Positions 7,461-14,297 of a stretch of 26,300 bases of DNA are shown piece after piece (position 1 is the first letter of the stretch; each line of letters starts with the position of its first letter). A program made the translations under genes and the position numbers. The notes under the pieces were generated by a model. It was not told where the DNA came from. It saw only the letters and a program-made list of their open reading frames with translations, and did not search any database. The stretch spans positions 1 to 26,300 of the IMG/VR virus record IMGVR_UViG_3300010043_000070, one strand, 5' to 3'. The DNA is from a virus (lineage: Duplodnaviria; Caudoviricetes).

Positions 7461-8446
7461 TGCTCGACCAACCCGAAGATTCGCCGTTCCTGTCCGGAAC
7501 CAACATCCAATTCGCCTGGGACTCAACGAGCCTCGGCTGGGCCAAGACCTGTCCCCGGCTCTACTACTACAACATGCTCTGCGGCTATCGGCCCAAAGAC
7601 GAAAGCGTTCATCTCCGCTTCGGCATCGAGTATCACACCGCGCTCGAAGAATACGACTACTTTCGGGCCGCCGGCGCCGATCACGACGAGGCTGAGCACC
7701 TTGCCGTGGCCGATCTCGTCGAGCGACTCAAGGACTACAAAGACCCGGACGGCGAGTACGCAAAGCCCTCGGAGAAGGTCAAGACCAAGGAAAACCTCCT
7801 CCGAACCGTGATCTGGTACCTTGAGGAGTTCAAGAACGACGCCGCCCAAACCTACATCAAGACCGACGGCAAGCCAGCGGTGGAGCAGAGCTTCCGGTTC
7901 GAGCTCGACTTCGGCCCCCAAGCAACACCAGAAACAAGGCACAGCACAAACAAGGGCATCGTCGCAGACCAGCCGTATATCCTCTGCGGCCACCTCGACC
8001 GGATCGTCAACTACAACGACGGCCTGTTCATCATGGACCGCAAGACCACGACACAGACTCCGGGCCCGTACTACTTCAAGAAGTACGACCCCGATAACCA
8101 AATGACCCTGTACGCCTACGCCGGCCAAGTTGTCCTGCGATCCCAAATCACGGGAGTGCTCATCGATGTTGCTCAAGTTGCTGTTAACGGCAGCAAATTC
8201 GTCCGAGGTGTTTCGTACCGAAGCCCAGATCAGATCGAAGAATGGGTTCGTGACCTGCACGTTCATCTTAGGACATTTGAGCGGTATGCCGTCGAAGGAT
8301 ATTGGCCTCAGAACGATACCGCTTGTGATAAGTTCGGAGGCTGTCGCTTTCGTGGGATCTGCTCTAAGTCCCCAAGCTCACGACAGATGTTCCTCGACAA
8401 CGACTTCACACAGGAGGAGCCATGGAACCCGCTCAAGGTAAGGTAA
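7460..8446 (+). CDS. PD-(D/E)XK RecB/Cas4-like exonuclease with a probable Fe-S staple (328 aa)
   Basis: N-terminal CPRLYYY, FGIEYH, GHLDRI...IMDRKTT, QMTLYA, C-terminal CDKFGGCRFRGIC (1+3 Cys). Confidence 0.9.
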   Translation: MLDQPEDSPFLSGTNIQFAWDSTSLGWAKTCPRLYYYNMLCGYRPKDESVHLRFGIEYHTALEEYDYFRAAGADHDEAEHLAVADLVERLKDYKDPDGEYAKPSEKVKTKENLLRTVIWYLEEFKNDAAQTYIKTDGKPAVEQSFRFELDFGPQATPETRHSTNKGIVADQPYILCGHLDRIVNYNDGLFIMDRKTTTQTPGPYYFKKYDPDNQMTLYAYAGQVVLRSQITGVLIDVAQVAVNGSKFVRGVSYRSPDQIEEWVRDLHVHLRTFERYAVEGYWPQNDTACDKFGGCRFRGICSKSPSSRQMFLDNDFTQEEPWNPLKVR

Positions 8447-8646
8447 GGTTCAAGCTCGAACTCGGCAAGTTCCCGGTCAAGGGGATACGGCGCACCGCCA
8501 CCGGCTTCGAGTTCGCACTTGCGCTGCCGGGGCTCGTGCTTGTGATCCCCGTCTCGTCCCACGCCGATGTCCGCGAAGGCGACCTGCTAACGCTCTATAC
8601 CGAGGTACTCGTCAATGCCCCTCCTCAGCCAACATCAATCCAATGA
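8422..8646 (+). CDS. Small beta-rich hypothetical protein (74 aa)
   Basis: AGGAGG SD at 8412-8417; bridges the nuclease and ATPase genes. Confidence 0.68.
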   Translation: MEPAQGKVRFKLELGKFPVKGIRRTATGFEFALALPGLVLVIPVSSHADVREGDLLTLYTEVLVNAPPQPTSIQ

Positions 8647-9511
8647 CTACACCAAGATGCTTCTGGAAGGCGATAGCGGAAGCGGTAAGACAGGGTCTCT
8701 CGCATCCCTTGTTGCGGCCGGCTATAAGCTTAGAATCCTCGACTATGACAACGGCCTGGAGTCTCTCAAGCAGTATGCCCGAAAAGAATGCCCCGACAAA
8801 ATCAACAACGTCGAGTACCGAACCCTCAACGACAAGCTAAGGGCAACTCCGTCCGGCCCGGTTATCGAAGGGGTGCCGCGGGCATATCCCGACGGCCTCA
8901 AGATGTTGGACCACTGGAAGTACGGCGATGTCGATCTCGGCGTGCCGGCAGAATGGGGGCCCGAGTGTATCTTTGTGCTGGACTCGTTGACCTTCTTCTC
9001 CGAGGCGGTCTTCGATTGGTGCGAGCCCCTCGTCGCTAAGGGCCGGCCGGCCGATAAGTACGACAACCGGACGGTCTACTACAACGCCCAGTCCGCGGTC
9101 GAGAAGTTCCTACAATTCCTCAAGAGCGACTGGTTCCAAACCAACGTCATCGTGATCTCGCATATCAAGTACGTGGACAATCCCGACGGAACAAAGAAAG
9201 GCTACCCGACAGCGATCGGCTCAGCCATTTCCCCAACGATCCCGAGTTACTTCAACTCGGTCGCCCTATGTCAAACTGGCCCGGGAGGTAAGCGCACGAT
9301 AAAGACCGCCTCAACTGCAATGATCGACCTAAAGAACCCGAAGCCCTTCGCCATGCTTCCAAGCTACCCGCTGGAAACAGGGCTGGCCGAGTTCTTCAAA
9401 GTTCTGAGAGAGCAAGATGGAGAAGCAATCGAAGCAAAGCGAACAGAACCGAAACCAACCGAACCAAAGACACTCATCCCAGTGAAGCGAACCCTTGGAG
9501 TTAGAAAATGA
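8615..9511 (+). CDS. P-loop ATPase, AAA_24/Sak4-like single-strand annealing protein (298 aa)
   Basis: MLLEGDSGSGKT, ILDYDNG, Walker B FVLDSLT, VIVISH; lies between the exonuclease and the SSB-like gene. Confidence 0.85.
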   Translation: MPLLSQHQSNDYTKMLLEGDSGSGKTGSLASLVAAGYKLRILDYDNGLESLKQYARKECPDKINNVEYRTLNDKLRATPSGPVIEGVPRAYPDGLKMLDHWKYGDVDLGVPAEWGPECIFVLDSLTFFSEAVFDWCEPLVAKGRPADKYDNRTVYYNAQSAVEKFLQFLKSDWFQTNVIVISHIKYVDNPDGTKKGYPTAIGSAISPTIPSYFNSVALCQTGPGGKRTIKTASTAMIDLKNPKPFAMLPSYPLETGLAEFFKVLREQDGEAIEAKRTEPKPTEPKTLIPVKRTLGVRK

Positions 9512-9972
9512 AGACGAGAATCGAGCGCCCGAACTTTACCGACATCCTCGGCATGCATTCGGACGACATTGATCGGCCGAAGCCGTTGCCGACAGGGACC
9601 TACTCTGCCGTTGTGCAGGACATCAAGGAAGGGATCTTCGAGAAGTCCGGCACCCCGGTTGTTGAGGTGGTCTTCGGCCTCACTGGCGTCATTGACGCCG
9701 TTGACGAGGAGGCCCTGGCCGCTGCCGGCGGTCTCAACGGTAGGACCATTCGGCACACCTTCTGGCTCGACCCGACGAACCGCGACGGCGGGCACCGCGC
9801 TGCCTGGGAGTTGAAGAACTTCCTGGACAACTGCGGTGTCGAGCCGGGCATCATGGGCGCCCGTGTCGAGGCGGCCGTGAACGCCGAGGTCGGCATCGAA
9901 CTGGTCCACGTCCCAGACAAACGGAACACCGGGAATCTCTATGCTAACTATTCCCGTTCTGTGAAGCTGTAA
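9508..9972 (+). CDS. Putative single-stranded DNA-binding protein (DUF669-like OB fold, 154 aa)
   Basis: PKPLPTGTYSAVV start motif, beta-rich body, LKNFLDNCG, position after the Sak4-like gene. Confidence 0.7.
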   Translation: MKTRIERPNFTDILGMHSDDIDRPKPLPTGTYSAVVQDIKEGIFEKSGTPVVEVVFGLTGVIDAVDEEALAAAGGLNGRTIRHTFWLDPTNRDGGHRAAWELKNFLDNCGVEPGIMGARVEAAVNAEVGIELVHVPDKRNTGNLYANYSRSVKL

Positions 9973-9976
9973 CCAG

Positions 9977-10089
9977 ATTGTGGGGCAGGGAGCAACTAAG
10001 CCCAGTATGCGACTGTCCCCACAATGCCCGGTGGTGCAGAGCCATCGAAATCGGCCGGGAGTGCGGTTGGCCCCGTTCCTCCCGGCCGG
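9977..10089. other. Structured intergenic element with three consecutive stem-loops
   Basis: ATTGTGGGGCAG/CTG(T)CCCCACAAT (9977-10025); CGGTGGT/GCCATCG (10029-10047); CGGCCGGGAG/CTCCCGGCCG (10052-10088); no U-tract. Confidence 0.7.
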
Positions 10090-10106
10090 CGGCCCAAGAG
10101 GAATCA

Positions 10107-11150
10107 ATGCCCGATCTATTCCTGATCGGTGAAGCCTGGGGCGCTGACGAAGATCGCGAGAAGGCCCCCTTCGTCGGCGCTGCCGGCTATCACCTGACCC
10201 AGATGCTGGCCCACGCCGGCATCCGCCGCACCGATTGCTACCTGACCAACGTGTTCAACTTCCGGCCGCCGCTGAACGACATCTCAGCGGTCTGCGGCCC
10301 GAAGTCCGAGTCCATCGAAGGCTACCCGCAGCTTCTCACATCACGCCCAACATACAAGCACTGGAGAGGGGGATATGTCCGAGCCGAGTTCCAGCCCGAG
10401 CTCACCCGGCTGGCAGCCGAACTGGTGGCAGAGAACCCAAATCTGGTGGTTACTCTGGGTAATACGGCAATGTGGGCATTACTTGGTAAGACAGCAATAT
10501 CCAAATATCGGGGAACTACCGCCTTATCAACTCACACTGCGACTGGATTCAAGGTTCTTCCCACGTATCACCCTGCTGCAATCATGCGGCAATGGGAGCT
10601 ACGCCCCATCACGGTTATTGATCTTGCCAAAGCCCAACGAGAGTGTGCGTTTCCAGAAATCCGCAGACCAGAGGTAATGATCTATGTCCCGGAAACCGTC
10701 GAAGAACTCCAAGACCTCGCAACTGGAACTCTTGCTAAAGCTGAGCGCCTTGCAATCGACATTGAGACTAGCGGAAGCCAGATTACATGCATTGGATTCG
10801 CTCCCCTCAAAGGTCTTGCAGTCGTTGTGCCAATCCATGACTATCGCCGATCTGGACGGTCTTATTGGCCATCTCTGGAAGCAGAGTGCGCAGTGTGGAA
10901 AATCATACGTAATGTTTGCCAACGAGAGAGACCGCCTAAGGTCTTCCAGAATGGCCTCTACGATATTGCCTTTCTTTCGCGATCGTACGGAATCAGAGTT
11001 CGAGGAGCCGAGCACGATACCATGCTCCTCCACCACGCTCTACAGCCCGAAATGCTCAAAGGACTAGGATTCCTCGGGTCGGTCTATACAGACCACGGGG
11101 CATGGAAGCAGGAAAGGGAAAAGACATGGACAATCAAGAGGGACGAGTGA
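10107..11150 (+). CDS. Uracil-DNA glycosylase-like (family 4) domain fused to the N-terminal part of a DnaQ-like 3'-5' exonuclease; N-fragment of a split DNA polymerase (347 aa)
   Basis: IGEAWG...PFVGAAG, YLTNV, VVTLGNTA, PTYHPAA (UDG); AIDIET (ExoI), FQNGLYD (ExoII), HDTMLLHH; no ExoIII; AGAGGA SD before ATG 10107. Confidence 0.9.
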   Translation: MPDLFLIGEAWGADEDREKAPFVGAAGYHLTQMLAHAGIRRTDCYLTNVFNFRPPLNDISAVCGPKSESIEGYPQLLTSRPTYKHWRGGYVRAEFQPELTRLAAELVAENPNLVVTLGNTAMWALLGKTAISKYRGTTALSTHTATGFKVLPTYHPAAIMRQWELRPITVIDLAKAQRECAFPEIRRPEVMIYVPETVEELQDLATGTLAKAERLAIDIETSGSQITCIGFAPLKGLAVVVPIHDYRRSGRSYWPSLEAECAVWKIIRNVCQRERPPKVFQNGLYDIAFLSRSYGIRVRGAEHDTMLLHHALQPEMLKGLGFLGSVYTDHGAWKQEREKTWTIKRDE

Positions 11151-11281
11151 AGTGCCCAGAGTGCGGATTCGAGATGGTCAAGGAAGTAGATGGCTGGATC
11201 TGCAACGAGTGTGGCCACGAAGAACCGAACTTCGACGACGGGGACGACGACGACGACGAGGAGGAGATCGAATGGCCATGA
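11147..11281 (+). CDS. Zinc-ribbon microprotein with acidic tail (44 aa); absent from the ORF track
   Basis: GTGA-coupled start; MKCPECGFEMVKEVDGWICNECGHEEPNFDDGDDDDDEEEIEWP; stop overlaps the next ATG. Confidence 0.78.
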   Translation: MKCPECGFEMVKEVDGWICNECGHEEPNFDDGDDDDDEEEIEWP

Positions 11282-11475
11282 TCAGCAATGACAAGTACAC
11301 AGAACTCGGTCACCTATGCAAGACGGCGAGGGCCGGAAACCTTGTGGTCGACGCCTTTGCTGCCGAACTCATTGGCGAGGGCTACCCTGTGAGCAAGGCA
11401 ATCCGGGATATAATCTTCGAGCAATACTCTGATCTACAGCTTGGCAAAATGTTCGTCGAATGGTGCGACCAATGA
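11278..11475 (+). CDS. Hypothetical protein (65 aa; alternative start at 11272)
   Basis: GAGGAG SD, ATGA coupling at both ends. Confidence 0.68.
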   Translation: MISNDKYTELGHLCKTARAGNLVVDAFAAELIGEGYPVSKAIRDIIFEQYSDLQLGKMFVEWCDQ

Positions 11476-11675
11476 AAGCTCTACTCGATGTCGTGTGGAA
11501 CAGGCACGGCTGTTGCCATCCGTGCCACATATGTCGATGGCAGTTTGGATTCCTATCGAGAAGCTTTTGGGACATTTCCTACTATCTCGTCGGGCTCAGA
11601 GGCAGGTTATCCTATCGCAAAAGCAAGGGGAGCGTAGACGTTGCCAGATACATTAGACTCAGAGGTTGGAGATGA
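11472..11675 (+). CDS. Basic hypothetical protein with a CCHPCHIC cluster (67 aa)
   Basis: ATGA coupling at both ends, linking to the polymerase start. Confidence 0.6.
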   Translation: MKALLDVVWNRHGCCHPCHICRWQFGFLSRSFWDISYYLVGLRGRLSYRKSKGSVDVARYIRLRGWR

Positions 11676-13189
11676 AAGTCTACAACACCGCCGAGCTTCA
11701 ACCTGGGGACATCAACTCCCTAACCGAGAAGAACTGGATCTACAATGGACTCGACTGCGCAATCACCGCGGAAGTGCTTGAAGTGCTGCTCCCGCAACTT
11801 GATAATGCTACCGCCAAAACGTATAGCTTCTCACTGGATCTACAGGCGCCGGTGCTCGAAATGCGCCTACACGGCGTACGAGTGGATACCGCCCGTCAGG
11901 CCGAAGTCGTGGAGGAATACTACAACCGCCTCGACCGGCTCGAAACCAACCTTGAGCGAATCGTCCGAGAAGGCTGCGGGTTCGCCGGCTTCAACTGGCG
12001 ATCCAACCCAAACCTGAAAGAACTGTTCTACGACCGGCTGCGGATTCCGGTCATCAGATACCAGGGCCGGCCAACAGTCAACAGGGGCGCCCTCGAAAAG
12101 ATGGAGGCGTACCCGATCGCCCGGCCGATTGTCCGATGCCTCGAAGCTATGCGGGAGCTCAGCAAAAAGATCTCACTGCTCAGTACCGAAATCGATCCTG
12201 ACGGCCGAATGCGGACCAGCTACAACATCGGGGGGACCACGACCGGAAGATTATCTTCGAGCTTCTCGGAGTTCGGGACTGGGACCAACCTACAGAACAT
12301 CGAGGAGTCTCTTCGCTCCATCTTCATCGCCGACCCCGGAATGAAGATGGGTTACTTTGACGCCGAACAGGGAGAATCCCGTGTCGTTGGAGCCATCGAA
12401 TACAACCTCTTCGAAGACGGACGATACCTTGACGCTTGCGAAGGCGGCGACCTGCACACTTCTGTGGCAAAGCTTGTGTGGCCAGACCTACCTTGGCCGG
12501 GCACCCCTAGCAGTGACCGTAAGTTTGCGGAACAGCCGTATTATCGACATTACGATCGACGCTTCATGTGCAAGAAAATTGGTCACGGCACTAATTACGG
12601 CGGTAAGCCAGGGACACTTGCCAGTCAGGCTAAGGTTGATCCTACATTAGTCGAGGAGTTTCAGCCCAAGTACTTCAAAGCCTTTCCGGCCCATCAGGAA
12701 TGGCACAAATGGGTGGCCCGCGAGCTCCAGCAGACTGGGGTGCTGGTCTCGCTGGCCGGGCGCAAGCGGCACTTCCTGGGCCGCCGCAACGATCCCGCCG
12801 TGCTTCGAGAGGCGATCGCCTACGACCCGCAAGGATCGCTGGCCGATATCGTGAACCAAGGCATGCTTCAGGTCTGGCGAGCCGGAGATTGCCAACTGCT
12901 CATGCAGATCCACGACGCGATCGTCGTCCAATATCCGGAGGGGAAAGAAGACCGGATCGTACCAAGAATATTAAAGCAACTCGAATTTCCCATCGAACTT
13001 CGGGGAGGCCGAAGGTTCGTCATTCCATACGGCTGCGCAACCGGATGGAACTGGGGAAAATTCGAGGAGGGGAGCAATCCAAATGGCCTCAAAGCCTACA
13101 AGCCTGCGGATAAACGGACACGCCAACCGGAAACTGCCCTCTTGGATCGAGGGGTTCGTGGAGTACACAAAGGACTTGGAGTCGCCTGA
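11672..13189 (+). CDS. polA: Family A DNA polymerase, C-fragment (ExoIII + polymerase domain, 505 aa)
   Basis: WIYNGLDC (ExoIII), TTTGRLSS, NLQNI, motif A YFDAEQGESR, motif B RFMCKKIGHGTNYG, PQGSLAD, motif C MQIHDAIV. Confidence 0.95.
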   Translation: MKVYNTAELQPGDINSLTEKNWIYNGLDCAITAEVLEVLLPQLDNATAKTYSFSLDLQAPVLEMRLHGVRVDTARQAEVVEEYYNRLDRLETNLERIVREGCGFAGFNWRSNPNLKELFYDRLRIPVIRYQGRPTVNRGALEKMEAYPIARPIVRCLEAMRELSKKISLLSTEIDPDGRMRTSYNIGGTTTGRLSSSFSEFGTGTNLQNIEESLRSIFIADPGMKMGYFDAEQGESRVVGAIEYNLFEDGRYLDACEGGDLHTSVAKLVWPDLPWPGTPSSDRKFAEQPYYRHYDRRFMCKKIGHGTNYGGKPGTLASQAKVDPTLVEEFQPKYFKAFPAHQEWHKWVARELQQTGVLVSLAGRKRHFLGRRNDPAVLREAIAYDPQGSLADIVNQGMLQVWRAGDCQLLMQIHDAIVVQYPEGKEDRIVPRILKQLEFPIELRGGRRFVIPYGCATGWNWGKFEEGSNPNGLKAYKPADKRTRQPETALLDRGVRGVHKGLGVA

Positions 13190-14297
13190 GATATGCCGGC
13201 GCTGGACGGCCATCGGGACCCTTGCGGCGGTGATGCAGCAAAAGCTATCCGTGACCGTCGGCTCGGGGATAATCTGGCCAAACATGTACATTTGGCTGGT
13301 GTCGACCCCAGGGATCGGGAAGTCCATTGCGATCAAGGAAGCCCGGAAGTTCATCCAAGACCTCGACAAGATCTACATCGCGCCGACCAACGTCTCGTCC
13401 GCGTCGCTGATTGACTTCGTCGCCGAGGCCCGGTGTATCCTGACGCCGGTGCCGGGCCCGGCGATCCAGTACAACTCCGCGATCCTGCTGCCCGACGAGC
13501 TAATGGCCTTTATGGCCACCTATGACACCCAGATGATAGGGCTGCTGACCACGCTGTACGACACCGATGTGCCCTACGGCGAGGACAAGCGGACCCTAGG
13601 AACCAAGCATCGAATGGAGCGCCCCCAGCTGAACATGATTGTTGGCACGACCCCGTCGAACATCATGACCTATGTTCCCCAGACCGCCTGGGACCAAGGG
13701 TTCACGTCCCGAATAGTCTTGGTCTGGGCGACCAAACGCAAGGACGACCGTGATATATTCGCCGTGACCGCTCGGACCAGATCCGCGGAGCTTGAGCACG
13801 ACATCCGGGTCATCAATTCGACCGTCGGCAAGTTCGACATGGAGGAGTCCTTTAAGCAAAAGGTTCGAGACTGGCGGGCCGCGGACTATCCGCCGGCCCC
13901 AACGCATCCGAGGCTGACGCATTACCTTCCCCGGCGGCTGGCCCACTTTTTCAAGCTCGCTATGGTTAGCTCGATCGACCGGGGGCCGAGCTTGGTACTG
14001 ACCATGGCTGATTGGGAGCGGGCGACCAAGTGGCTGTTCGAAGCCGAGGCCACGATGCCGATCATCTTCGAGCAGGGGATTACGCACTCGGACACCGGGG
14101 CGCAGAACGAACTGGCCCATTTCATCAGATCGCAGAAGGGCGAGATCTCCGAGACTCAGCTGGTTCGAAAGGCCCGGACTCTGCTGCCAGTCTACGCCGT
14201 GACGAAGACCATTGAGGTGCTTGAGAAGTCCGGCGTGATCCAACAGATCAGGTACGATGTCAAGGCCCGCCAGAAGATCTTCAAGGCCGGTGCTTGA
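13083..14297 (+). CDS. DUF3987/YfjI-like P-loop AAA+ protein, probable replicative helicase (404 aa)
   Basis: PNMYIWLVSTPGIGKS (Walker A), LLPDEL (Walker B), GFTSRIVLV (Arg-finger-like), winged-helix-like C-terminus; GGAG SD at 13071. Confidence 0.8.
   Translation: MASKPTSLRINGHANRKLPSWIEGFVEYTKDLESPEICRRWTAIGTLAAVMQQKLSVTVGSGIIWPNMYIWLVSTPGIGKSIAIKEARKFIQDLDKIYIAPTNVSSASLIDFVAEARCILTPVPGPAIQYNSAILLPDELMAFMATYDTQMIGLLTTLYDTDVPYGEDKRTLGTKHRMERPQLNMIVGTTPSNIMTYVPQTAWDQGFTSRIVLVWATKRKDDRDIFAVTARTRSAELEHDIRVINSTVGKFDMEESFKQKVRDWRAADYPPAPTHPRLTHYLPRRLAHFFKLAMVSSIDRGPSLVLTMADWERATKWLFEAEATMPIIFEQGITHSDTGAQNELAHFIRSQKGEISETQLVRKARTLLPVYAVTKTIEVLEKSGVIQQIRYDVKARQKIFKAGA

Noticed and set aside
7460-8446. 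CRISPR-Cas system suggested by the Cas4-like gene
   Set aside because: No repeat-spacer array or other cas genes; the context is a phage recombination module
9977-10089. tRNA or rho-independent terminator
   Set aside because: No cloverleaf, T-loop or CCA end; no U-tract after any stem on either strand
10107-10680. UdgX-type covalent uracil-binding enzyme
   Set aside because: No KRRIH loop motif
11152-11271. Arg-rich N-terminus of track ORF 11152-11475 and the (GAC)n run
   Set aside because: Out-of-frame reading of the poly-Asp/Glu tail of the zinc-ribbon gene
11147-11281. LysW amino-group carrier protein
   Set aside because: The zinc ribbon and acidic tail are similar, but the required C-terminal EDWGE is absent and there are no lysine or arginine biosynthesis genes
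11151-11671. Group I intron, split intein or frameshift explaining the polymerase break
   Set aside because: The gap is fully tiled by coupled ORFs; no homing endonuclease motif, intein C1/HN-C termini or evident intron core (RT-PCR would be decisive)
11672-13189. DpoZ / modified-base genome
   Set aside because: No purZ, dATPase or other base-modification genes in the window to support it
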